Below, piece by piece: positions 22,350 to 31,995 of a stretch of DNA of 42,892 bases. A program made the translations under genes and the position numbers. Position 1 is the stretch's first letter; each line of letters starts with the position of its first letter. The stretch covers positions 1-42,892 of the forward strand of contig CAZMFG010000002.1 of NCBI GenBank assembly GCA_964565525.1. Direction: 5' to 3'. The stretch comes from an uncultured Thermodesulfobacteriota bacterium (lineage in GTDB: Bacteria > Desulfobacterota > B13-G15 > RBG-16-54-18). The notes under the pieces were generated by a model. The model saw only the letters and a list, made by a program, of their open reading frames with translations, was not told the DNA's origin and did no database searches.

Positions 22350-23065
22350 TGAGGAAAACGACCGGTAGCGTGATCATCTTTTGCCTGACTTTTCTGTGTC
22401 TCGTTTCCTGTGCCCACGTGGAAGAACCTGCTGTGAAGGCTGAGGGAACCCCTCCTCAGGCAACAGACCCCCGTTCCGTCTATACCGTGGGGGTGGGGGA
22501 TGTACTCACCGTGCGGCTCAGGGAAGGTGCGAAGCTCAATGAATTCGATGCAACGGTCATGTCCACCGGCACGATAGTCATCTCATTCATAGAGGTGCAG
22601 GCGGCAGGTTTGACCATCGACGAAATAAGGGAAGAGGCCCAGGGGGAACTTGGTAAATACCTTCGGGATTTCAACGTGGACCTCATTGTCAGGGAATGGC
22701 GGGAAAAAAAGATATTTGTTCTCGGCGAGGTCCAGAGCCCCGGGGTGTACAATTTTGCCGCAGGGATGACCACCTTACAGGCGCTCGTCCTGGCAGGCGG
22801 ATATAAAAACACCGCCGTGCTGAATGATATGCGGATCATCAGAGGGGACCTCGATAATCCCGAGCTCATCCGGGTTGATCTCAAAGGGGCGTTCAAGGGT
22901 ACAGGGTCGAAGGATGTTCTCCTCGCCCAGAATGACGTCATCTATGTGCCTCGGAGCACCATCGGGGACTGGAACAACTTTATCAATCTCTATATCCGCC
23001 CCACCGTCGAGATTCTTTCTCTCCCCCTCGGTACAGCGACTACCGTCAAGGGTTTGGCAGAATGA
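22349..23065 (+). CDS. polysaccharide export outer-membrane lipoprotein (Wza/Poly_export + SLBB-like)
   Basis: 238 aa with a lipobox LVSC. It has a YTVGVGDVLTVRL Poly_export-like motif and an IFVLGEVQSPGVY SLBB-like motif. Its start overlaps the previous stop (TGATG). Confidence 0.8.
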   Translation: MRKTTGSVIIFCLTFLCLVSCAHVEEPAVKAEGTPPQATDPRSVYTVGVGDVLTVRLREGAKLNEFDATVMSTGTIVISFIEVQAAGLTIDEIREEAQGELGKYLRDFNVDLIVREWREKKIFVLGEVQSPGVYNFAAGMTTLQALVLAGGYKNTAVLNDMRIIRGDLDNPELIRVDLKGAFKGTGSKDVLLAQNDVIYVPRSTIGDWNNFINLYIRPTVEILSLPLGTATTVKGLAE

Positions 23066-23072
23066 GGATGTG

Positions 23073-25241
23073 ATGGAGAAAAAAGGCTACGAACTTTCTA
23101 TCAGGGACTATCTGTTTATTCTGACAAAGCGTAAGAGGATTATCGTATTGGTCCTCCTCTTCACCTTATCGGCGGTCGTCTTCGGGACCTATCTGGCCAC
23201 CCCTTCTCCCCGTTATAAGGCGACCGCCTCAGTAAAGGTGGAGCGTATTACCGACGTAACCGGCTTCTTGATGGAGATGATATCGTACCCCCTGGGGGAT
23301 GTCCTGCAGGGGCAGATGGAGATGATCAAGAGCTTTGATGTGCTGGCGAGGGTGGCAAAGGCCACGGGTTCGATTCCCAGCGATGCGACCTTGGACGAGG
23401 TGAGCACCAACGAGGATTACAAAGGGGTCATCCTTTCCCTCCGAAGCTCTATATCCATTGAGCGACAGGGGCTCTCAAATATCCTTGCCATCAGTGCGAC
23501 GGCCGCTACGCCTGAAAAGGCCCAAAGACTGGCTAACCTGGTGGCGGAAAAATACCGGGAGTTCAATATTGCGTCTCGGAATAGCAGGATTTTTGAGGCC
23601 AAGGAGTTTGTGGAGCGACGCCTCCGTTTTGTAGAAGAACGGTTGCGGGAGGCGGAGGAACAACTGCTCTCCTTTCGCGAAGGCGCGTCCCTTGCCCATC
23701 TTGAGGAACAGGAGAAGGGGCTGGCCAGGAAACTCGTTTCCATTGAGGGAAGGATCGAAGACCTCAAGGCGGAGATGGCAGAGGTGGACTACGCCATCCA
23801 GCAGGTGACGCAAGGAAAGATGATCAACCCGAGGAGTCAGGTGACCGTGGAGCGGGATTTAAGCACTGTTCTCTCAACCTTGCAAAGCTATTCTCAACTC
23901 CTTTTAAAGAAGAAAAATCTGCTCCTCATCTATTTCCCGGCTCATCCCGAGGTTCAGGCGGTTGATGGGGAGTTGGAGAACACCAAGAGTGAGTTGTTGA
24001 AGCATTTGCGGGCCCAGAAGACGAGTTATCAGAATCGGATTGATCTGCTCAAGACGGAATTGGAGACCATCAGGGCGAACGTGAGGTTGTTGCCGACCGA
24101 CGCCGTCGCCTATGAACGGCTGCAGAGGGAGGTGGAGATCAACAACACCCTCACCCACGAGCTCAAGACCAAGTACCAGGAATTGCTGATCAAAGAGGCG
24201 GAGCGGATCGAAGAGGTCTCCATTGTCAATCCCGCACTAAAGCCGTCTTCTCCTATGAACAGGCCCTCATATCTTCAGAACGGACTATTGGGCATCCTTA
24301 TCGGTCTCCTGTTGGGGGTGGTCTTTTCCGTGGTCTATGAATCGTACGACACCTCCATCACCACGGTGGAGGAGATCGAGTCCATCTTGGAGGTGCCGGT
24401 GCTGGGGGTGATCCCCTATATCGGTGACAAGGAGATGAGGGAGAGGATCGCCATGAGAGGGGAGGGTACAAATTCCCCGGATCTCGAGCTCTTTAAATAC
24501 CTCTTCACCTTCTTCGAGCATGATCATGTCTTGACGGAGGCCTTCAGGATCCTGCGGACGGCCCTCTTGAAAAAACTAGATTCAGCACGGGTCATTGAGG
24601 TTACCAGTCCTGCTACCCGCGAGGGAAAAAGCTTCATCATGATGAATCTGGCAGTGTCCATTGCGCAGATGGGCAAGAAGGTGTTGGTCATCGATGCGGA
24701 TACCAAGGTGAGTATGATAAACAGATCCTTTGGGATCCCAAGGGAACCGGGGCTTTCCGACGTCATTTTACGGAAGGTCCCGTTCGCAGAGGCGGCCAGG
24801 AGTATCGTCGACGTGATGTTGGGAGAACGGGGATTCGATTTTGCCCTTTCAGGGACCGGTTTGGAGAACGTGCACATCCTCCCGACCGGCAGCAAGACGC
24901 CGATGGCTCGAGAGATGTTATCCGTGTATATCAAGGATGTATTGGATGAAATAAAGGAAATCAAGGCATTTGATTTTATCCTCATTGACACCCCCCCCAT
25001 ACTCCCCGTTATGGACGCCGTGGAGCTCGCCGCCCATGTGGATGGCGTCCTCCTTGTCTATGAGGCCGGAAAGGTCTCCAAGATAGCCCTTCGCAGGGCG
25101 CGGACCCACATTCAGAACGCCGGGGGGCGGATTATAGGCGCCGTGCTCAACAAGATGAAGGCGGAGGTGAGCCCTGATTTTTATAAATATTCGTACAAGC
25201 ACTATTACGGGGAAGAGGAGAAACGCTCCCATAAACAATGA
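23073..25241 (+). CDS. polysaccharide co-polymerase (Wzz/GumC-like chain-length determinant) fused to a BY-type tyrosine autokinase
   Basis: I place the start at ATG 23073 (MEKKGYELSIRDY...). The ORF-track extension from 22824 overlaps the export gene. It has an N-terminal TM, a coiled-coil region and a second TM. The kinase part has Walker A-like SPATREGKSF, VLVIDAD, Walker B FDFILIDTPP and a C-terminal Tyr cluster FYKYSYKHYY. Confidence 0.85.
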   Translation: MEKKGYELSIRDYLFILTKRKRIIVLVLLFTLSAVVFGTYLATPSPRYKATASVKVERITDVTGFLMEMISYPLGDVLQGQMEMIKSFDVLARVAKATGSIPSDATLDEVSTNEDYKGVILSLRSSISIERQGLSNILAISATAATPEKAQRLANLVAEKYREFNIASRNSRIFEAKEFVERRLRFVEERLREAEEQLLSFREGASLAHLEEQEKGLARKLVSIEGRIEDLKAEMAEVDYAIQQVTQGKMINPRSQVTVERDLSTVLSTLQSYSQLLLKKKNLLLIYFPAHPEVQAVDGELENTKSELLKHLRAQKTSYQNRIDLLKTELETIRANVRLLPTDAVAYERLQREVEINNTLTHELKTKYQELLIKEAERIEEVSIVNPALKPSSPMNRPSYLQNGLLGILIGLLLGVVFSVVYESYDTSITTVEEIESILEVPVLGVIPYIGDKEMRERIAMRGEGTNSPDLELFKYLFTFFEHDHVLTEAFRILRTALLKKLDSARVIEVTSPATREGKSFIMMNLAVSIAQMGKKVLVIDADTKVSMINRSFGIPREPGLSDVILRKVPFAEAARSIVDVMLGERGFDFALSGTGLENVHILPTGSKTPMAREMLSVYIKDVLDEIKEIKAFDFILIDTPPILPVMDAVELAAHVDGVLLVYEAGKVSKIALRRARTHIQNAGGRIIGAVLNKMKAEVSPDFYKYSYKHYYGEEEKRSHKQ

Positions 25242-26590
25242 ACATCGATACTTCTTTCCACATCAGGTTGATCCTGACCGCTCTCTCCCTTTTGGCGGCT
25301 GGCCTGATCATCTTCCTGCCGCCTTCTGTTCTGGTGATCGCCGTTTTGGCGTTGGTGATTGCCGCCATCTGCTTTTCCTATCCTCACGTTGCCTTCTACA
25401 TTCTCATCGTTGCCATGCTCTTTTCCCCGGAGGTGATCGCCGGGCAGACCGCTGCCAGGGAGGTCACCTTCCGGATGGACGATGTGTTGTTGTTCATCAT
25501 CGTCCTTACCTGGCTGGTCAGGGCCGCCGTATACAAGGAGTTGGCCGCCTTTCGCAGTACCCCCCTCCATACACCTATTGCCCTGTTCGTGGCCGTTTCT
25601 CTCCTGGCTACTTTCCTGGGCATGGTGATGGGAAGGGTGAGTCTCGCCTCCGGTCTCTTTTTTAATCTGAAGATATTCGAGTATTTCGTCGTTTTTTTTA
25701 TGGTGGTCAATTATGTGAAGGATGAAAGGGATATCAAGACCTTCGTCATCCTGATACTCCTGGTGGCCTTTCTGGTCAACCTCTATGCCCTTTACCAAGT
25801 CCCCTCGGGCATGAGGGTGACCGCCCCCTTTGAGGGTGAATTGGGAGAGCCCAATACCTTGGGAGGATATCTCATTATTATAATATCATTGGCCCTCGCC
25901 CTTTTTCTCTCGAGGTCCTTCGGCCAGAGGACCAATTTTCTGATCCCCGTGCTCGTTCTTTCAGGGGGCATAATGATGTTTACTCAATCAAGGGGTTCTT
26001 GGTTGGGGCTGATCTTCATGAGCGTTCCTTTTATGCTGTTATCTCCCAAGAGGCCCTTTTTCATCGCCGGGGCAGTCCTCCTCCTCATCGCCCTTCCCTA
26101 TATCGCCCCTGAATCAACCAAAGAGCGGTTTGCCGGTACCTTTCGAGCCGAGCCATTCTTTGCCAGGACCGAACAGTTTATGGGAATGGAGCTCGATCCC
26201 TCGGCATCGGCGAGGGTGACAAGCTACAAGCAAGGCTTCGAAAGGTGGAAGAAACGCCCTGTTCTAGGCTATGGTGTCACTGGGGCAGGCTTCATCGACC
26301 CCCAGTTCCTTCGGATATTGGTGGAGACGGGTATTATCGGGCTCGCCTTTTTTCTCTTTCTCTTGTGGCGCATGGCCCTCTTTTTATGGGATACCTATTG
26401 GTCCGTGGACGATCTCTTCTTTAAGGCCCTCTCCTTGGGGATGCTGGGGGCCTTGGCAGGTCTTATCGGACATTCAATCAGTGCCAGCTCCTTTATCATC
26501 GTTCGGATCATGGAGCCCTTTTGGTTCTTGATGGGTTTGGTAGCCGCCTGTGTCTTGATAAAAGGAGAACTTTCAACCGCTGAAGAATAA
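25238..26590 (+). CDS. O-antigen ligase/polymerase (Wzy-like) family membrane protein
   Basis: 450 aa with at least 10 predicted TM segments and a large loop region with TQSRGSWLG, typical of Wzy_C/O-antigen ligase family proteins. ATGA overlap with the upstream gene. Confidence 0.7.
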   Translation: MNIDTSFHIRLILTALSLLAAGLIIFLPPSVLVIAVLALVIAAICFSYPHVAFYILIVAMLFSPEVIAGQTAAREVTFRMDDVLLFIIVLTWLVRAAVYKELAAFRSTPLHTPIALFVAVSLLATFLGMVMGRVSLASGLFFNLKIFEYFVVFFMVVNYVKDERDIKTFVILILLVAFLVNLYALYQVPSGMRVTAPFEGELGEPNTLGGYLIIIISLALALFLSRSFGQRTNFLIPVLVLSGGIMMFTQSRGSWLGLIFMSVPFMLLSPKRPFFIAGAVLLLIALPYIAPESTKERFAGTFRAEPFFARTEQFMGMELDPSASARVTSYKQGFERWKKRPVLGYGVTGAGFIDPQFLRILVETGIIGLAFFLFLLWRMALFLWDTYWSVDDLFFKALSLGMLGALAGLIGHSISASSFIIVRIMEPFWFLMGLVAACVLIKGELSTAEE

Positions 26591-26689
26591 ACGGGAATTT
26601 TGCAGGGCATGCTTGCTTAATCCCTCCTATCGATGCATTTATGGATTAGACCGAGAAACAAGAGAAAAAATAACCAGAAATAAAATTTC

Positions 26690-28150
26690 ATGAAACCGGA
26701 ATCATCTCTCTCTCAGCGTGTAGCCAAAGGCGGAGTCTGGGTTTTTACCCTAAGATTGTTGGAAAAGGGGCTTGGACTGATCAGACTCGTTATCTTGGCA
26801 AGGCTGCTAGCCCCCCATGATTTCGGGCTTTTCGGCATTGCTTTGTTGGCAATGTCTACTTTAGAGACCTTTTCCCAGACGGGTTTCCAAGCAGCGTTAG
26901 TGCAGAAAAAGAAAAATATCGCTAATTATTTAGATACTGCGTGGACAGTTTCTGTAATCAGGGGATTCATTTTATTTATTCTAGTCCTCCTCGCTGCGCC
27001 TTATGTAGCTCTCTTTTTTAACACCCCTAAAGCATCTCTTATAATTCAGGTTATTGGCATTTCACTATTTTTAGGAGGCTTTACCAATATTGGTATTCTC
27101 TATTTCCAGAAAGAGCTGGAATTTAACAGGCAATTTATCTATCGATTGTCGACTACTTTATTTGAATTTTTAGTGGTGATTTCAGCCGCTTTAATTTTAA
27201 AAAGCGTATGGGCCCTTGTCTTTGGTATGCTCGCAGGGAGTTTAACGGCACTGGCAGCGAGTTATCTAATACATCCCTATAGGCCGCGTTTCATGTTTGA
27301 TTTAAGTAAGACAAGGGAGTTGTTTGGGTTTGGGAAATGGGTCTTTGGATCAAGCATTCTGATTTTTCTAATTACTCAGGGAGACGATATCTTTGTCGGG
27401 AAAATGCTTGGTATGGTAGCGCTTGGTTTTTACCAGATGGCCTATAGAATATCAAACATGCCGGCAACAGAGATCACCCACGTGATCTCGCAGGTAACAT
27501 TTCCTGCATATTCTAAGATGCAGGATAACTTGCCCCGGTTAAGGGAGGCTTATTTAAGGGTTTTACAGATGACGGCTTTTTTGTCTTTTCCGATAGCAGG
27601 ACTAATATTTGTCTTAGCTCCAGACTTTACGCGGATATTTTTAGGGGGGCAATGGATGCCGATGGTCCCGGCTATGCAGGCACTAGTTTTGTGGGGATGT
27701 ATAAGATCGTTAGGAGCGACAACTGGACCAGTATTCCAAGGCCTCGGAAAGCCAGGGATAGCGACAAAGTTACAACTAATTCAATCCATCTTATTGGCAA
27801 TTTTAATATATCCTCTCTCTAAGCAATATGGAATATTAGGGACTTCCTTAGCGGTTGTTTTCGCTTCATTAATCGCTAACTTAGGGGCTTTTTATATGAC
27901 AATCAAAATTACAAAGAGTAAGCTTTATAATCTTGCTCCATCGATAATAATACCCTTTATAGGTGTCGTGTTTGCCATTTTATCAGTGCAAGTGTTGAGA
28001 ATATATTGGCAACCAACAGTGAACTTAGTTGGATTCTCTGCCTGTATGATATTTTCCATCTTATTCTATCTCATTGCTATCTTTTTGTTTGATAGGCTTT
28101 CTAATTATAACCTATGGGATGTGATAAAAGGGGTCAGGCTGGGCAGTTAG
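26690..28150 (+). CDS. MOP-superfamily polysaccharide flippase (Wzx-like)
   Basis: 486 aa, polytopic. The N-terminus ...VAKGGVWVFTLRLLEKGLGLIRLVILARLLAPHDFGLFGIA... is typical of Wzx/polysaccharide biosynthesis proteins. Confidence 0.8.
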   Translation: MKPESSLSQRVAKGGVWVFTLRLLEKGLGLIRLVILARLLAPHDFGLFGIALLAMSTLETFSQTGFQAALVQKKKNIANYLDTAWTVSVIRGFILFILVLLAAPYVALFFNTPKASLIIQVIGISLFLGGFTNIGILYFQKELEFNRQFIYRLSTTLFEFLVVISAALILKSVWALVFGMLAGSLTALAASYLIHPYRPRFMFDLSKTRELFGFGKWVFGSSILIFLITQGDDIFVGKMLGMVALGFYQMAYRISNMPATEITHVISQVTFPAYSKMQDNLPRLREAYLRVLQMTAFLSFPIAGLIFVLAPDFTRIFLGGQWMPMVPAMQALVLWGCIRSLGATTGPVFQGLGKPGIATKLQLIQSILLAILIYPLSKQYGILGTSLAVVFASLIANLGAFYMTIKITKSKLYNLAPSIIIPFIGVVFAILSVQVLRIYWQPTVNLVGFSACMIFSILFYLIAIFLFDRLSNYNLWDVIKGVRLGS

Positions 28151-28153
28151 ACT

Positions 28154-28897
28154 ATGAGAAATCACAAAGAATTTTATGAGGAATATTGGAAGTGTAGAAA
28201 AGCGGAAGGACGTTTCCATACAAAAGAGGAAATGCGGGTGCCCCAACGGATCAGTATTGCTGCAGGCATGATAGTTAACGACAAGAGATTTGAAAAAGAT
28301 GAACCAATATCTGTTCTTGATATTGGCTGTGGTGAGGGGACACTGGGGAAATTATTAAAAGCGAATTTAGGAGATAAAGTTATTATTACTGGCTGTGATA
28401 TATCGAAAACTGCACTAAAGATAGCTCGTATGTATTACTCCAACGTGCATGAACTGGATATTGAGGTCAATGGGCTAATAAAAAGGTTTTATGAACAGAA
28501 GTTTGATTATGTTGTTCTTTTAGAAGTCCTCGAACATTTATTCAAGCCAGAAAATGTGCTTAAGCAAGTTGATATAATTTTAAAGGGAGATGGATTTCTT
28601 ATTGCTTCTTTTCCCAATATCGCTTGGTATAAATATAGAATAGATATGTTGAGGGGCCATTTCCCAAAGAATTATCTTTTATATCCAGGAGAACACATTC
28701 AAAATTTTACATTACATTCATTTTATAAACTATTACGGGAAGCTGGATTCTCTTCAATTGAAATAGATGGTCAATTTATCTTTCCAAGAATTTTTAAACC
28801 TGTAAGGTTTTTTAATCCCATTCTTAAGAAGTTCCCCAATTTATTCGGTTATCAAATTGTTCTTAAAGCCCACAAAGGTAGAACAGAACAATCATGA
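28154..28897 (+). CDS. class I SAM-dependent methyltransferase
   Basis: 247 aa with motif I VLDIGCGEGTLG and a post-I acidic residue pattern. Confidence 0.8.
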   Translation: MRNHKEFYEEYWKCRKAEGRFHTKEEMRVPQRISIAAGMIVNDKRFEKDEPISVLDIGCGEGTLGKLLKANLGDKVIITGCDISKTALKIARMYYSNVHELDIEVNGLIKRFYEQKFDYVVLLEVLEHLFKPENVLKQVDIILKGDGFLIASFPNIAWYKYRIDMLRGHFPKNYLLYPGEHIQNFTLHSFYKLLREAGFSSIEIDGQFIFPRIFKPVRFFNPILKKFPNLFGYQIVLKAHKGRTEQS

Positions 28898-29580
28898 GAC
28901 CTGGAACACTATTACGTTGGCATGCTTTAAAAAATATTCTGAGGTCTGAAGTTAGCTCTAACTCGATCCTCTTTGATATTGGGGGTTATGATGGATTTAT
29001 AGGGTATAACCTCACGAAAACTGTACTGAATCTTAACATTACCGTTTTGGATATTGATAAATCAGGGTTACCCATAGCAAGAGAACGCGGGTTGAATATA
29101 CTTAATGCATCAGCTCTTGAATTGCCCGTTGCAGATAATCAAGTTGATGTCGTGCTCTGTCTCGATTTAATTGAGCATGTAAAAGAAGATGATAAACTGC
29201 TTAAAGAGATTTCCAGAGTTTTGAAAACAGGTGGTAAAATAATTTTGACGACACCCACGCGAAAGGGCATATCTTTTCCGTTTTTAAATAAGGGTAAAAC
29301 TGCAATGGTTAATGAAAGTTGGGGTCATATTCGCAATGGATATTCTTTGAGAGATATTAAAAGTCTATTTAAAGATGCACAGTTAGTAATTGATAAGAAA
29401 AGCACAAGCAAATATTTTAACTTTTTTACGAGGCTTACTTATCGGTTGAGCTTTCTTTCTCAATTTCATTTAAAAGGTAAAGGCATACTGTATCGACTGA
29501 TAATACGATTAGAGCCATATATTAAATATGGTGCTGAAGAGCATATAGTTTTAGGAAAGAAGGTGATATTATCAAAGTAG
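28894..29580 (+). CDS. class I SAM-dependent methyltransferase
   Basis: 228 aa with LFDIGGYDGF (motif I-like), VDVVLCLDLIEHV and LKTGGKIILTTP. Confidence 0.7.
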   Translation: MRPGTLLRWHALKNILRSEVSSNSILFDIGGYDGFIGYNLTKTVLNLNITVLDIDKSGLPIARERGLNILNASALELPVADNQVDVVLCLDLIEHVKEDDKLLKEISRVLKTGGKIILTTPTRKGISFPFLNKGKTAMVNESWGHIRNGYSLRDIKSLFKDAQLVIDKKSTSKYFNFFTRLTYRLSFLSQFHLKGKGILYRLIIRLEPYIKYGAEEHIVLGKKVILSK

Positions 29581-29651
29581 CATTTATTGTTACAGTATTT
29601 CCGACACTCTCAGAGACCTTTATCCTGAACCAGATTACAGGTCTCTTAGAT

Positions 29652-30815
29652 ATGGGACATGATGTCGATATATTTGTGAGTGCCTCGGTAAACAAAGATC
29701 TCAAGGTTCATCCCGATGTTAAGACGTATAAACTGTTGGATCGGACGTACTATCAAAAAATGCCTACTAATAAATTTTTACGTTTTTTCAGTGCCCTCGG
29801 ACTTATCGTTACCGATTTTCACAAAAATCCTATGGTTCTATTAAGGTCGTTGAATGTTTTCAAATATGGCAAGGACGCCTTCTCTTTAAGAAATCTATAT
29901 TATGTGCTCCCTTTCTTAGATAAAGATTATGATATCATTTATTGTCACTTTGGCCCCAATGGGAACTACGGAGTCTTTTTAAAAGATTTGGGGATGCGTG
30001 GAAAATTGGTTACCACGTTCCATGCTTACGATCTCACATCATACGTGAAAAAAGAAGGCCCACACGTCTATAATCACCTTTTCCAAAAGGGAGACCTTTT
30101 CTTGGCGGTAAGCGAAATAGGAAAAGGAAAGCTCGTAGACATCGGATGTGGTGAAAATAAGATACTCGTACACCATATGGGGGTTGACATTGAAAGGTTT
30201 GAGTTCAAGGAAAGATCTCGCAGTCATGATGCTCCTATCAAGGTGCTAACAATTGGCAGACTAGTAGAGAAGAAAGGGATCAACTATGCTATTAAAGCTG
30301 TTGGTCTTTTGATAAAAAAGGGATATGATTTAATATATATCATCGCAGGTAACGGTCCACTCAAGTCCGAGCTCGATGGTTTAATATTACAATTAGGTGC
30401 GAGGGGTAGAATAAAAATCATAGGTTCAGTAGAGCAGACTGTGGTGAAGGCGTTGATGATGGATTCTGACTTTTTCCTTTTACCGAGTGTGACAGGGAGC
30501 AATGGTGATCAGGAAGGAATACCAGTGACACTCATGGAGGCTATGGCAACAGGGATGCCTGTTATCTCAACTTACCATAGTGGGATTCCTGAGTTGGTCG
30601 AAAATGGCAAATCTGGCTTTCTTGTTCCTGAGCGTGATGTGGATGCTTTAACGGATCGCCTTATATATCTCATTGAACATCCAGAGCTATGGCCCAAAAT
30701 GGGGCGAGAGGGCAGAGAGTTTGTAAAAAAATATTATGATATTAGAAAGCTAAATATAAAATTAGAAACAATATATCAAAGTTTGCTAGAAGGACCAGGG
30801 GTTGGGAAAAAGTAA
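29652..30815 (+). CDS. glycosyltransferase family 4 (true N-terminus probably about 28 codons upstream; see findings)
   Basis: 387 aa from the first ATG, with a C-terminal GDQEGIPVTLMEAMATGMPVISTYHSGIPELV motif. The in-frame upstream sequence KVAFIVTVFPTLSETFILNQITGLLD looks like the conserved GT4 N-terminus. Confidence 0.8.
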   Translation: MGHDVDIFVSASVNKDLKVHPDVKTYKLLDRTYYQKMPTNKFLRFFSALGLIVTDFHKNPMVLLRSLNVFKYGKDAFSLRNLYYVLPFLDKDYDIIYCHFGPNGNYGVFLKDLGMRGKLVTTFHAYDLTSYVKKEGPHVYNHLFQKGDLFLAVSEIGKGKLVDIGCGENKILVHHMGVDIERFEFKERSRSHDAPIKVLTIGRLVEKKGINYAIKAVGLLIKKGYDLIYIIAGNGPLKSELDGLILQLGARGRIKIIGSVEQTVVKALMMDSDFFLLPSVTGSNGDQEGIPVTLMEAMATGMPVISTYHSGIPELVENGKSGFLVPERDVDALTDRLIYLIEHPELWPKMGREGREFVKKYYDIRKLNIKLETIYQSLLEGPGVGKK

Positions 30816-30921
30816 GACATTGAAGTGGGCAACGAAATTTTTATCTAAACTTTTTTTGGAGGCTTCCATACAAAAAATTGTATATCCTCCTATACGATTG
30901 ATTAGTTAACGGATATCTAAG

Positions 30922-31989
30922 ATGAGAATGTTGATTTTTACACCCAAAGAGGAAAAAAAATTGAGGATGGCAGTACGGGCAACCAAACTCCATGAATATC
31001 TCAAGAAAAATGGTGTCCGTACGATACTACTTCCTGATTTTAATATTCGAAAAGTATCATTCTCTATGTTGATGAACTATCTCAAACTTCTTTATTTCAT
31101 GGTTACAAGAAAATATTCAGATATTGTATTAATTGAAAATGAGCGTTCTCAAAGGTTAGTGTCGTTTTTTAAAAAATTGAGATTCAAGCTTGCCTTGGAT
31201 ATCAGGGATAATAGGGCATTGCAACGTTCTGCCTACCAACTCGATGATACTCCGGAAAAGATGGATGCCATACAAAAGCTCTTATTAAGGAATATAGAGA
31301 TCTGCGATTATGTGCTTACAGTATCGCAATCATGTAAGGAGCTGTATCCTCGGCAATACCATGACAAAATTTTTGTCGTTGAGAATGCTTCAGATCCTCA
31401 TTTGTTTACTTGCACGAAGCTTCCAGAGGAATTAAGGGTAGGTTTTATCGCAGGGATAGCGCCCGGGAGGGGGATTGAGTTGTTAATCGAATCCATGAGG
31501 TTAGTTAAACAAAAAGTACCAGAGGTAACACTAGCCATTGGAGGAACTCCAGGAACGCACCACCAAGAGGGAATCAACTATTATGTAAGATTAAGAGAAC
31601 AGTACACATCTGCTTGGATCACGTTTCGAGATGATATCTATTACAGCCTGAACGCCAATAAGTTTTTACAGGAATGCTATGTAACGGTGATACCTCATCC
31701 TGATCATATACATTACCATACGACCCTCCCGGTAAAACTGTTCGATTTTTTAGCTTGTGGGCGTCCGGTTGTTTCAACGAACTGCAGAGAGACTGCAAAG
31801 ATATTGAATTACTATGAATGTGGTTTGGTGGCTGAGTTTACCGCGGAAGATCTGGCTGCGAAGCTCATACAATTACTTTTAAATAGAAAGTTAGCATCGC
31901 ATATGGGAGCCAATGGCCGTAAGACAGTTGAAGAGGTCTATAACTGGGATAACATGGCTAAAAAGATGATAGGGGTAATACTAGGATGA
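30922..31989 (+). CDS. glycosyltransferase (GT-B, group 1-like)
   Basis: 355 aa with a C-terminal domain ...LPVKLFDFLACGRPVVSTN.... The N-terminal domain is divergent. Confidence 0.65.
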   Translation: MRMLIFTPKEEKKLRMAVRATKLHEYLKKNGVRTILLPDFNIRKVSFSMLMNYLKLLYFMVTRKYSDIVLIENERSQRLVSFFKKLRFKLALDIRDNRALQRSAYQLDDTPEKMDAIQKLLLRNIEICDYVLTVSQSCKELYPRQYHDKIFVVENASDPHLFTCTKLPEELRVGFIAGIAPGRGIELLIESMRLVKQKVPEVTLAIGGTPGTHHQEGINYYVRLREQYTSAWITFRDDIYYSLNANKFLQECYVTVIPHPDHIHYHTTLPVKLFDFLACGRPVVSTNCRETAKILNYYECGLVAEFTAEDLAAKLIQLLLNRKLASHMGANGRKTVEEVYNWDNMAKKMIGVILG

Positions 31990-31995
31990 GATGCT

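Noticed and set aside
22824-23072. N-terminal extensions proposed by the ORF track for several genes: 22824-23072 (Wzz/BY-kinase), 36668-36754 (kinase-like), 40442-40507 (DegT-2), 17471-17644 (WecA-like) and 15301-15351 (nucleotidyltransferase)
   Set aside because: Each extension overlaps the well-supported upstream gene in another frame. An internal ATG in each case gives a typical 1-8-nt start/stop overlap and a sensible N-terminus, so I trimmed the starts.
20613-26590. Calling the polysaccharide locus an exosortase/PEP-CTERM (XrtA) system
   Set aside because: The gene order (ExeA-like ATPase, Wza-like, chain-length determinant/BY-kinase, O-antigen-ligase-like) resembles such loci. However, no exosortase gene, PEP-CTERM protein or PrsK/PrsR regulator is present in this window, so the label would be unsupported.
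30858-30890. Imperfect palindrome ggaggcttccatacaaaaaattgtatatcctcc after the GT4 gene, as a possible terminator or attenuator
   Set aside because: The stem is interrupted (ggagg/cctcc and atacaa/ttgtat separated by unpaired bases) and lacks a 3' U-tract. It is too weak to call.
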